In this document: positions 37,107-45,611 of the stretch, piece after piece | Layout of the letters: every line of letters begins with the position of its first letter | How positions within the stretch are numbered: the first letter of the stretch is position 1 | Source of the DNA: a virus | Taxonomy: Duplodnaviria; Caudoviricetes | DNA length: 64,000 nt | Virus record (IMG/VR): IMGVR_UViG_3300044641_007803 | Location: 157 to 64,156 of that record | Direction: 5' to 3' (one strand) | Notes under the pieces: generated by a model | What the model was told of the DNA's origin: nothing | What the model saw: the letters and a program-made list of their open reading frames with translations, nothing else | Database searches by the model: none | Position numbers and translations under genes: made by a program

Positions 37107-37769
37107 CTATGCTGGTGTTAATTTTTTTGCTAGTGTTGTTACCTCTTCAGGTGTAAATATAGAACGATATTTCTTTATTAACTTTATTATTGCCGGTGAC
37201 ATTGAAGCTCCTAAATAAGATGCTGTAGCTGTAACTGGTGCTGCTTTGGTTGCTGCTATGAGCGGTGTACCTGTTGTAAATGTTACTCCTACTAGCATTG
37301 CTGTGTATAGTCCTATGGATACTTTATATAGTAAAGATGTTTTATCGTTTACATCTTGACCTTTAAATTTTTCTGGGAGTAATCCTAGTAGTAATCCTCC
37401 TATTCCTTCTAGGTACTGTTCTTTTAAATTGTCTCCCCATTTTACAAGAGCATCTCCTACTATAGTTCCATCTGCATCTTTGTCTTGAAAAATATAAGAA
37501 ATTCCATTTACTGCATTCCCTAGTATTTTTATTAGAGATGGAGCGGTTAGAATTGTTCCTAGTAAAAGAGATTCATCTAAAGTGTTCCCTGATTCTACAG
37601 GTTTAGCGTTAGCAGCTGCTTGTTGAAGAATAGCTAACCCATTATTTAACCCTTGCTGTACATCGGAACCTGTTATTTGTTCTGATTCAGAATCTTCCTC
37701 CTGTAGTCTAGAGTTGTGTGTTAGTTTATTCTCTACTAAGAATTTTTTTAAATCAAAATTATTTTCCAC
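37107..37769 (-). CDS. Hypothetical hydrophobic protein with FDLKKFLVENKLT leader (GTG start)
   Basis: MENNFDLKKFLVENKLTHNSRLQEE; hydrophobic helices after LDE. Confidence 0.75.
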   Translation of the reverse strand: MENNFDLKKFLVENKLTHNSRLQEEDSESEQITGSDVQQGLNNGLAILQQAAANAKPVESGNTLDESLLLGTILTAPSLIKILGNAVNGISYIFQDKDADGTIVGDALVKWGDNLKEQYLEGIGGLLLGLLPEKFKGQDVNDKTSLLYKVSIGLYTAMLVGVTFTTGTPLIAATKAAPVTATASYLGASMSPAIIKLIKKYRSIFTPEEVTTLAKKLTPA

Positions 37770-38212
37770 TATACGTCTATTACTTTTATATTACCGTAAT
37801 ACCTATCTTGCATTATGTTGTCCATTTTAATTGAACCTCCTGGTCCTTCTAAGTCTGGGTATATTCCTAACATATCTGCTTCTTCCATTATATCATCAAT
37901 TGGAACATCTTTCTCAGACCCTGTAAAAGGTTCTAGATTATCCATTGTAATGATTCCTAGTTTTGGATTTCTAACCTCTACATCGTATATGTATACGAAG
38001 TACTTAGTCTTTTGTCCTTTTATTTGTTGTGCATCTTCTAATTCTTCTGAATCAGTAGTCACTTTTTTTACTCTATTTCCTACTAAAAATACTGCTCCAT
38101 AATCTCCTTCTCCTAAATATTCTCCTCCTTGATCAACTATATCGTTTACAAGTTCTTGATATTCTTGGGTTGGTTCTAAGACCTCTCTTATTATTTTATA
38201 GAGACTGATCAT
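37769..38212 (-). CDS. Minimal protein-kinase-like fold protein
   Basis: LGEGDYGAVF Gly loop, VKKVT Lys, helix Glu, DL...DNIM catalytic loop, VIDV DFG-equivalent. Confidence 0.6.
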   Translation of the reverse strand: MISLYKIIREVLEPTQEYQELVNDIVDQGGEYLGEGDYGAVFLVGNRVKKVTTDSEELEDAQQIKGQKTKYFVYIYDVEVRNPKLGIITMDNLEPFTGSEKDVPIDDIMEEADMLGIYPDLEGPGGSIKMDNIMQDRYYGNIKVIDV

Positions 38213-38218
38213 TTATTC

Positions 38219-38698
38219 CTAGGTTATGTCCATTTCATATGAACCTGCTTGAATACCTTTTGCTTTTAAAGCATCTACAATTTTGTATACTTCTGGATCG
38301 GTATAATCAGCTCTTTGTGGAAGATCTAACCCTGTAAGACTGTTTACAATTTGGTTTGCTTCTTCGTAGTTAGATATTTTTTTATTGTCTACATTTATTG
38401 AGTAGAATCTTTGGTTTGGAAAAGTATAGCTAATATCAAGTCTTTGTATATTAGAAGCTTCTTCGTACATAGGCTTTTCCCCTCTAGTAATTCTAGCTAC
38501 ATTATCTGGATTAGCCTTGTCTAAGATCGCATGACCTCTTTCAGCATCTCCTTCGTACTCTTCTTCATCTGTTCCTTTAGCAACTTTAGTTAAAATTTGC
38601 ATAAATTCATCAGAAGTTCCTCCTTTGGTTTTTCCTAAGTATTTTGAATACCCTTGAAGTTCCTCTTTTATTAATTTTACTAGTTGTGATTTTTTCAT
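38219..38698 (-). CDS. Hypothetical protein with MKKSQLVKLIKEEL leader
   Basis: 159 aa. Confidence 0.7.
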   Translation of the reverse strand: MKKSQLVKLIKEELQGYSKYLGKTKGGTSDEFMQILTKVAKGTDEEEYEGDAERGHAILDKANPDNVARITRGEKPMYEEASNIQRLDISYTFPNQRFYSINVDNKKISNYEEANQIVNSLTGLDLPQRADYTDPEVYKIVDALKAKGIQAGSYEMDIT

Positions 38699-38708
38699 TA
38701 TATATGTA

Positions 38709-39284
38709 TTAGATTAATGCTTTGATAGCTGGGTATGCGTTTAGTATTGCTTCGTCTGCTTTTGCTACTGTTTTTAAAGAAGCTAATGCTCCTTGGAACC
38801 AGTCTGCTTTTGATAAACCACTAACTGCTTGTGCTCCGTATCCTGCTGCCATACTTGCAATAACAATTGCGTAGATAGCTTTGGTTGTTGTTTCTAATGT
38901 ATTTGGATCTTTTATAAAGAATCCTAACACTCTTTTAATTGGACTTTGAAAAGCTTTCTCATTATCATGTGCCCAATGGTGTATCTTTTCTGCAAAGTCT
39001 TCTCCTTTTTTCCAGTTAAGTCTTTTCATTAATTTAGCAGCCATTTTAGAGATGAATCCTATAAGTGCATTTCCTGTTAATACTCCTACAATTATAGTTG
39101 TTACAATTGCTTCATTTAACTGACCTTCGTTCTGTTGTTTTTTATTTTTTAATTCAGACCCTAACGCTGTTGCAATACCGTTAGCAGTTGCCATTAAGTC
39201 TGTATCAAACTGTGCTTCTTCTGGTCCGTTATCCTGTATATTAAGTTCTTCTTTTATTAACTGTACTAGTTCCGATCTCTTCAT
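38709..39284 (-). CDS. Hypothetical hydrophobic protein with MKRSELVQLIKEEL leader
   Basis: LNE then AIVTTIIVGVLTGNALIGFI hydrophobic helix; second helix AIYAIVIASMAAG. Confidence 0.7.
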   Translation of the reverse strand: MKRSELVQLIKEELNIQDNGPEEAQFDTDLMATANGIATALGSELKNKKQQNEGQLNEAIVTTIIVGVLTGNALIGFISKMAAKLMKRLNWKKGEDFAEKIHHWAHDNEKAFQSPIKRVLGFFIKDPNTLETTTKAIYAIVIASMAAGYGAQAVSGLSKADWFQGALASLKTVAKADEAILNAYPAIKALI

Positions 39285-39287
39285 TAT

Positions 39288-39377
39288 TTATTTTGTTTTA
39301 TATTCTTCAATAATTAAGTACAATGCCAAAGTGAGTACTGCTGCTATCCAATAATAAGGTGCATCTCCTCCGTCCAT
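39288..39377 (-). CDS. 29 aa single-helix membrane peptide (not in ORF track)
   Basis: MDGGDAPYYWIAAVLTLALYLIIEEYKTK*; start overlaps upstream stop, fills the gap. Confidence 0.5.
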   Translation of the reverse strand: MDGGDAPYYWIAAVLTLALYLIIEEYKTK

Positions 39378-39646
39378 TAGAATTCTTGTATTAATATGTT
39401 TAACTCCCCTGTTCCTTTAATTAACCTATGGTAGGTACTTTTTGGAATAAATATTGTATTTTTTAGTTGTTGAGGTATTTCATCCTCAAATTGAAACATC
39501 CAATCTGTTTCTTCTAATATTGTCACTTGCCTGTCGTTCCTATCTCTATGCCACACTAATTCTGATTCAGGTGTATCCTCCTTAAACGTTCTTCGAAGAG
39601 TATCAAATTGTTTTAACTCTTGATAAGGTCTACTTTCCTGATCCAT
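39377..39646 (-). CDS. Cupin-like small protein
   Basis: LVWHRD..R...W.FQ...IFIPK..YHRLIKG two-His cupin pattern. Confidence 0.6.
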   Translation of the reverse strand: MDQESRPYQELKQFDTLRRTFKEDTPESELVWHRDRNDRQVTILEETDWMFQFEDEIPQQLKNTIFIPKSTYHRLIKGTGELNILIQEF

Positions 39647-39658
39647 ATCAGCAATACT

Positions 39659-40024
39659 TTATGCTAAAAATCTTAACTTATACTTAGTTGACTCTATCAA
39701 TTCTGTTACATTATCAATTTGATTCTGTAAGTATGAATCTTGTACATCTTGTCTTAGTATGTCTACTACTTCTGCTAATTGCATAAAGTATGAAACTACT
39801 TGAGCATTGTCCGTATAATTCTTTATAGGTAAGTTGGTATAGTTCATTAAAATTCCATACTTGCCTTGGTACGATTCAATCAATCCGTCCACTATATCAA
39901 TAATACCGTCATAGTATGCACCTAATGCTTGGTGTTCTGAAAATGATTTAGTTTGTAAATGAAATACATGTACCTGTGTTCTTGAATGAAACAGACATGA
40001 TACCATTTTTGTGAAATTTTCCAT
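39659..40024 (-). CDS. Ferritin/Dps-like four-helix protein
   Basis: HVFHLQT..EHQAL..YY....D.LIESYQG resembles Dps ferroxidase residues. Confidence 0.6.
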   Translation of the reverse strand: MENFTKMVSCLFHSRTQVHVFHLQTKSFSEHQALGAYYDGIIDIVDGLIESYQGKYGILMNYTNLPIKNYTDNAQVVSYFMQLAEVVDILRQDVQDSYLQNQIDNVTELIESTKYKLRFLA

Positions 40025-40044
40025 TATTGTTTTTTATATAAATA

Positions 40045-40962
40045 TTACCAATATCCGCTAAAGTTTTTTGCTCCTCCTAACGACTTCCAATACCTTCCGA
40101 TATTACAGCTCCAGTATCCTGGACTTGTTCTATCTTTCTTCATGGCACACTTGTGTCTTGCTGCAAATGCCGCTCTTGCTCCTGGCTCATTTAGTTTAAC
40201 TGTAAGGTTACCTGAATCACCAAAATTAACTTTCTTTATGTTTTTAGTTTTTGGATCTTTAACATAAACATAGAACTTCTTAGGTCCTCCTCTTTTAGGT
40301 TTGTTTAATTGTACATCCTGTCCTTTATGCTTTGCTTCGTTAAGATTGTCTATCTCATCTCTTACCCATTCTTTTTCATTTGGACCTAATTGGTTATAGT
40401 CCATTCCAAATTCCTTATTAGCAATTTCGTCTTGTAAAGAATCGTAGTCTCCTTGGTACTTTGCTTCGTTTATTTTATCTAAATTAAAGTAATCCCAAAA
40501 TTGAAATATTTTAGCAAACTGATCATAATCGTTTGGAAAGATTATTGTGTCTCCTGATACTGATGATGGTTTTAGAATTATCTTATTGTCTGTAATATCT
40601 ACAATTCGTAATTGTCTGTTTTGTTTGTCAGTAACAATCATGTTTCTTCTAATGTTTCCACCTTGCTCTCCTGCTCTAGGAAGATCTGTGTCAACTTCTT
40701 CATAAACCATTGGTAAGTCTAAAGGTACTTGCTGTCCTTCAAATATACCATACTCACCTATATTTGTTTCCTCTAAAAGGATTCGATCTTCTTGACATAG
40801 GTCCAAATAACCGTCTCTGTGAAGTGTTCTTGCTTCAGTGAATAGTTGTAAGAATGCATTAGAAGAATACCTGTAGATATTCTCAGATAAAGGGAGTTTG
40901 TGCTTTAAATGGTAGTTTAAGCCTGGGGTTGTTTCAACTAATAGGTTAAGTAGTTTTATCAT
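40045..40962 (-). CDS. Multi-segment hypothetical protein (start likely 40962, MIKLLNLLVE)
   Basis: Segments separated by INEA and LNEA; C-terminal KKFYVYVK..KVNFGD..FAARHKC..GYWSC basic domain. Confidence 0.7.
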   Translation of the reverse strand: MIKLLNLLVETTPGLNYHLKHKLPLSENIYRYSSNAFLQLFTEARTLHRDGYLDLCQEDRILLEETNIGEYGIFEGQQVPLDLPMVYEEVDTDLPRAGEQGGNIRRNMIVTDKQNRQLRIVDITDNKIILKPSSVSGDTIIFPNDYDQFAKIFQFWDYFNLDKINEAKYQGDYDSLQDEIANKEFGMDYNQLGPNEKEWVRDEIDNLNEAKHKGQDVQLNKPKRGGPKKFYVYVKDPKTKNIKKVNFGDSGNLTVKLNEPGARAAFAARHKCAMKKDRTSPGYWSCNIGRYWKSLGGAKNFSGYW

Positions 40963-41395
40963 AAAAATCTTTCTTAAAAAAACGACCACTTATGTTATCG
41001 TTATAATAAATAGAGTCAGGTTCTATCACCCCTTTCATATACAAGTATTTATCCTCGTAATATGTTAACTGCTTTTTAGTTGGTACAAACATAAGGATTT
41101 CTCTTGTAAATTCCAAATGTTTTTTATCTTTTATTTGTTGCTTAATTTCTGGATGGGAACCGTAATACGTTTTCCAATCTGTTTCCTTTGTAACTGTTTT
41201 CTTTTTTGAAGCTCTTTTATCTGTTATTAAAGCTAATTCTTTTTTACCTAAAGCTTTTCTTGTAACAGAAATAAGTTGTTTTCTTCCTAGGTATTTTCTA
41301 CCTGTTGGAATATGTGTTACTTCATAGATAAACCCGAACGTTGATTCGGGCATATCTGTTAGTTCTTTTATTTCTTTATTTTGATATAACCACAT
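40946..41395 (-). CDS. GIY-YIG family endonuclease-like protein
   Basis: GFIYEVT..TGRKYLGRK, WKTYYGS, FTREIL, YYNDNI. Confidence 0.7.
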   Translation of the reverse strand: MWLYQNKEIKELTDMPESTFGFIYEVTHIPTGRKYLGRKQLISVTRKALGKKELALITDKRASKKKTVTKETDWKTYYGSHPEIKQQIKDKKHLEFTREILMFVPTKKQLTYYEDKYLYMKGVIEPDSIYYNDNISGRFFKKDFYDKTT

Positions 41396-41407
41396 TTTTT
41401 ATTTTGT

Positions 41408-42898
41408 TTAGAATAATGCATTCCAAATTGTTCCATCATAGTAATACAATTTACTAGCTCCTGCAGATCCTGATGCTATAATCATTCCCTCTGTTGGTGT
41501 TGGTGTTGTCGTTCTTACTGCTAACTGTAAAATATCTTTTACTATTAACGAACCCGTTACCTGGAATGTGCTTCCTGATGCAAATACTAGGTTTGATCTT
41601 GTACTATTATTAGTTCCGTTTCCAATTATAAAAGCAGACTGTGCTGATGATGATATATTGTACTGTCCTTGTACGTGTTGGTATGATCCTGATGCTACTG
41701 TGCCTAGTCCTTCTGTATGGGAAGCAACTCCTAATGCTCTAGTGCTACCTCCTTCTGCATGTGAATAGTTGCCTATTGCTTGAGAACCTACTCCTTCAGC
41801 ATGGGATGCTTCTCCTGTTGATATTGTATTAAACCCCTCTGCATGTGAGTCAGATCCTGATGCAAATGTACCATTTCCTTCAGCGTGTGAAACATCTCCG
41901 CTTGCTTGTGTATTGTATCCTTCTGCATGTGTGTAATTTCCTGATGCTATTGTATCATACCCTTCTGCATGTGAGTAATCTCCTGATGCTGTTGTAAAGT
42001 ACCCTTCTGCATGTGAGTAAGAGCCTGAAGCTATTGTGGAAGACCCTTCTGCATGTGAAAAGTCTCCTGATGCTGTTGTAAAATACCCTTCTGCATGTGC
42101 TCCGCCTCCGCTTGCTAATGTTTGTTGTCCTTCTGAATGTGCGTATGCAGAACTTGCTATTGTAAGGTATCCTTCAGCATGTGCTGAATTTCCTGATGCT
42201 GTACTACCAAAACCTTCTGAGTGAGCATACAGTCCTGAAGATAGTGTTTGTCTTCCTTCAGCATGTGAATATGATCCTTCTGCTACTGAATCTGCTTCAG
42301 CATGAGAGTGGTTACCTATTGCTATACTTCCATATCCTTCAGCATGAGAATATGATCCTGATGCAATGGTGTTTTCTCCTTCTGCATGTGAGTAAGAAGC
42401 TGATGCCACTGTGTTTTTTCCTTCTGTATGAGAGTAGTCCCCTATTGCTGTTGTTGCAAATCCTTCTGAGTGAGAAAAATCTCCAGATGCTATTGTATAG
42501 TATCCTTCAGCATGAGAACCTGTTTTTGTTGCTTGAGTGTTCTGTCCTTCTGCATGTGAGTAAAGCCCTGTTGCAGTAGTTGATAATCCTTCTCCATGTG
42601 AGAATCTATTATTAGGTGCAGAAATACTCCCACTTCCATTAATTAAAGATCCTGATATTTGGATTTGATTTGTTATTGTACTTACTCCTGCACTTGCAGT
42701 CCAATTTGTTGTTATTGGAATAGAGAAAGACATACTAGCTGGTGTATTTATCGTACTTCCGCTTTCTGCACTTCCTGTAGTAAATAGTGTTATTGTTCCG
42801 CTTGAGTACGATGCTGAGTAGAAGAATGAAGAAAAGTTTTCATCCAACTGTTCAAATGTCAGTGCTGACCCTGTTACTGTTCTTAATGTAATTGCCAT
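41408..42898 (-). CDS. Fibre/adhesin with about 22 14-aa SHAEG (YadA head-like) repeats
   Basis: MAITLRT..GSALTFEQLDENF N-terminus; tandem SHAEG..T.ASG.Y repeats; LYYYDGTIW C-terminus. Confidence 0.8.
   Translation of the reverse strand: MAITLRTVTGSALTFEQLDENFSSFFYSASYSSGTITLFTTGSAESGSTINTPASMSFSIPITTNWTASAGVSTITNQIQISGSLINGSGSISAPNNRFSHGEGLSTTATGLYSHAEGQNTQATKTGSHAEGYYTIASGDFSHSEGFATTAIGDYSHTEGKNTVASASYSHAEGENTIASGSYSHAEGYGSIAIGNHSHAEADSVAEGSYSHAEGRQTLSSGLYAHSEGFGSTASGNSAHAEGYLTIASSAYAHSEGQQTLASGGGAHAEGYFTTASGDFSHAEGSSTIASGSYSHAEGYFTTASGDYSHAEGYDTIASGNYTHAEGYNTQASGDVSHAEGNGTFASGSDSHAEGFNTISTGEASHAEGVGSQAIGNYSHAEGGSTRALGVASHTEGLGTVASGSYQHVQGQYNISSSAQSAFIIGNGTNNSTRSNLVFASGSTFQVTGSLIVKDILQLAVRTTTPTPTEGMIIASGSAGASKLYYYDGTIWNALF
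41690..42605 (-). repeat. 42-bp coding tandem repeat (SHAEG units)
   Basis: ccttc(t/a)gcatgtga recurs about every 42 nt on + strand. Confidence 0.9.
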
Positions 42899-42902
42899 AT
42901 TT

Positions 42903-43862
42903 TTAAATGTCTATTTTTACTATTATTGTCATTTCCGTATTAGCAGATTTCGGAACTGGTCTATTCATTTTACCTACTGCTATTAGCTCGTTTGCATCAT
43001 TATAAAGCCCTACCGATGTCATGTATGGTTGGAATTCACTTCCTGTTATGTTATTATTTAACTGTCCATTAGCAACAGCAGAAGATGTGCTATATAAAGT
43101 ATCTGTATTATCATAAACTGTTTTTAATGAGCTTGATAATGCGGAGGGATTATATGTAAAGTTGAATTCTGATTCTCTTAGTTTACAGTGGTAGTTGTGT
43201 GTAAATATTGGTTGACTTGATTTAAAGTTTAACTTTATTCTAGATATTAGTGGTTTGTTTGATAAAGCGGTCTGTAGTGCAGAGGCATATGTAGTATCGG
43301 TAACTACTAACATTCCGTGCGGATATATAATATCTCCTACATACTTTCTAGGAGAACTTCCTGATAAATATAGTTGACCTTCTCCATTATCTAATATTGT
43401 CTTCGCAGTTAGTATAGCTATAGTATTTCCGCCTGGAGCTCTTCGTCCGTATGTCTGGTAAGTCTCTATATACCCATCTGCAATATAACCTCCTTCTACT
43501 GGCTGTAATGTTTGAAAACTAGTAAAATCAAATAAAAGTTGAAACCCGTCTACTGGTTTAATTGCTGTTCCGAATAGATTTCTGGGTATGTTTATTATTA
43601 CAGAACCTGTTGTGAGGTTTCTAGATTCAGATTGATATAGTGTGGTTTGAGGGTAGTAGTCAAAACCGTTACTAGGGATACTTCCAGATACTTTAGGTGG
43701 ATAATATAGTTGTTGTAAGCTATTAAGATTTACACCTTGTACAAAGCTATTAGTAGCAATTCCATAGGTAGTAAACTGGCTACCGGACATTGCCCATTGT
43801 TTATGGGCAACATAGGTAGTTATATAAGCATCCTGTTTGTTTAATTTTTTGTAAGTACTCAT
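42903..43862 (-). CDS. Baseplate/tail structural protein (paralog of 43866..44897)
   Basis: EFNFTYNPS, PYMTSVGLYNDANELIAVGKMNRP. Confidence 0.6.
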   Translation of the reverse strand: MSTYKKLNKQDAYITTYVAHKQWAMSGSQFTTYGIATNSFVQGVNLNSLQQLYYPPKVSGSIPSNGFDYYPQTTLYQSESRNLTTGSVIINIPRNLFGTAIKPVDGFQLLFDFTSFQTLQPVEGGYIADGYIETYQTYGRRAPGGNTIAILTAKTILDNGEGQLYLSGSSPRKYVGDIIYPHGMLVVTDTTYASALQTALSNKPLISRIKLNFKSSQPIFTHNYHCKLRESEFNFTYNPSALSSSLKTVYDNTDTLYSTSSAVANGQLNNNITGSEFQPYMTSVGLYNDANELIAVGKMNRPVPKSANTEMTIIVKIDI

Positions 43863-43865
43863 TCA

Positions 43866-44897
43866 TTAATAATCAAGCTTGATTCTTATTAAAGCTTCTT
43901 TTGTAAAATCTTTTAATAAAGGTCTTGATAATTTTGCAACTCCTACTAAGTCATTATTATCATTATAAAGACCAACTGTTGTCATATATGCTTGAGGTGA
44001 GTTTACTAATACATCGTATCTTAGTTCTCCTGAACCTGTTATAATAGAAGGGTTTGTTGAGTAGTTAAATTCTCCATTTCTAACTCTAACAAATATATAG
44101 TTTGAAGAAATAGTTTCTTCTGATTGTAGGCTAAAACTTGCTCCTTGATTAAGTATACTGGTGATACTACTTAGGTTAATTGTAGCAGCACTATTAAATC
44201 CTTCATCAATAATCATACCCAATCCTCCACCAGTTCCTACACTAGCTTTTAATGCTTCTCCGTTTAGTATAATTGTTCCAATATCTGGAAGAAATTTTCC
44301 ATAAGAGCCTGAAGCTGGAGTAAATCCGTTTGCGTTTAGAGCTGTATAAGTTGCAGATCCATTAGATCCACTTACTAAGTCGTAAACTCTTCCCGCATCA
44401 ATGTAAGAAACTGTTGTATTAGTTACACTATTATCTGTAAGTTTTATAACTGCACTTCCACTTTTAAGTGTTAGATTAAAACTTCCTGGAAGTAGCTTTT
44501 CTTTGTATCTAGCTCTATCTACAGAAATTACATAGATTGAATTTGGTTTTATGTTTCCAAAAGTAAAATCTGTATTTTCGTCTCCATTTACCAGTGTTCT
44601 ATATTGTCCATATATTACTGAAGAGTTAGAAGAAGAGCTTACAGCACTGTTAACTAAGGTTGAACCACTCCCTATTCTATTGCCATATGCAACAGAGAAC
44701 TGTACCGCTGCTCCGTTATTTAGAGTTTGTGGATCTGCTTGATAAATATCATAATAATAATTACCTGCTCCTATTCCTACTTGTGTTGATGAAGTATAGA
44801 AAGCGGTTAGTGTTGGCTGTTGCCCAGACCAAGCTGGTGCTACTACTGATTCTGCACTAATTGAAATATCTTCTGGGTCTAATCTTTTAAATGACAT
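43866..44897 (-). CDS. Baseplate/tail structural protein
   Basis: EFNYSTNPS, YMTTVGLYNDNNDLVGVAKLSRPL. Confidence 0.6.
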   Translation of the reverse strand: MSFKRLDPEDISISAESVVAPAWSGQQPTLTAFYTSSTQVGIGAGNYYYDIYQADPQTLNNGAAVQFSVAYGNRIGSGSTLVNSAVSSSSNSSVIYGQYRTLVNGDENTDFTFGNIKPNSIYVISVDRARYKEKLLPGSFNLTLKSGSAVIKLTDNSVTNTTVSYIDAGRVYDLVSGSNGSATYTALNANGFTPASGSYGKFLPDIGTIILNGEALKASVGTGGGLGMIIDEGFNSAATINLSSITSILNQGASFSLQSEETISSNYIFVRVRNGEFNYSTNPSIITGSGELRYDVLVNSPQAYMTTVGLYNDNNDLVGVAKLSRPLLKDFTKEALIRIKLDY

Positions 44898-44903
44898 AGC
44901 TTA

Positions 44904-45563
44904 TTATTGGTTTACTTTTATAATAGTTACTGGAATAGTTAACCTTGCTCCAGAGTCTCTTCCTATTACTGTTATAGTGGTTTGTAATTCTGTAGTTGTT
45001 CCAAACAATATGTTAACTGTTGTAGCAGTTAAGTTGATTGAAGTTCCAATTACTGTCTTAGAAACGTTTGTACCTAATGTTGTTGTTGAGTTTAATGCTG
45101 TTGCATCTGGTGTGTTAATTCCTACTCCGTTAAGGGTATTTAACACTCTAGCATCTGCAATAGTTGCTACATATCCTCCTGCTTCAAAAGTTTGAGAAGA
45201 TCCTAAGTAGTTTAAAGTTTGAGGAGTAATTGCTAATGATGCTCCTTGTTTTAATCTGATAGCAGAATATCCTAAATCTAAAATTGGTAACTTAGCTGTT
45301 CCTCTTGGAAGAGTTGTAAGTTTATATTTCATGATTTGGCTTCCATCAGGAAATGCTTCTAAGATAGGCATGGTTTCAATAGCTTCTCCATAATATGCAG
45401 AACCTTGTGGGTGTTCTGGATTGTATAAGGAGTAATCTATTTCATCATCTGCTAAAGCAAATTGTGTAATTTTAAAAGAACCGTCTCCTTTTGCAAGTAA
45501 CTCTCTTCCTTTTTTTGTAAGAATAGCATCAACTGTTACTACTTGATTACTTAAATATCCCAT
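44904..45563 (-). CDS. Virion structural protein
   Basis: VDAILTKKGRELLA..FKITQFALADDEIDY; in tail cluster with late motif upstream. Confidence 0.6.
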   Translation of the reverse strand: MGYLSNQVVTVDAILTKKGRELLAKGDGSFKITQFALADDEIDYSLYNPEHPQGSAYYGEAIETMPILEAFPDGSQIMKYKLTTLPRGTAKLPILDLGYSAIRLKQGASLAITPQTLNYLGSSQTFEAGGYVATIADARVLNTLNGVGINTPDATALNSTTTLGTNVSKTVIGTSINLTATTVNILFGTTTELQTTITVIGRDSGARLTIPVTIIKVNQ

Positions 45564-45611
45564 TTGTATTTGTTTTTATTAATAAATATATGTTTTTTAA
45601 TTTTTCTAATT

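Larger units (their letters stand above)
33350..37769 (-). repeat. Dispersed ~55-70 bp coding leader repeat, five copies in this span (33381, 35936, 36655, 37060, 37725 cores)
   Basis: 18-nt core tttattctctactaagaa identical in all five; diverged copies at 23470-23543 and 22378-22422. Confidence 0.9.

Noticed and set aside
33350-37769. Leader repeats as a CRISPR array or integron attC sites
   Set aside because: Repeats are in-frame coding, spaced by whole genes, non-palindromic; no cas operon or integrase seen; the Cas4-like exonuclease is a common stand-alone phage gene
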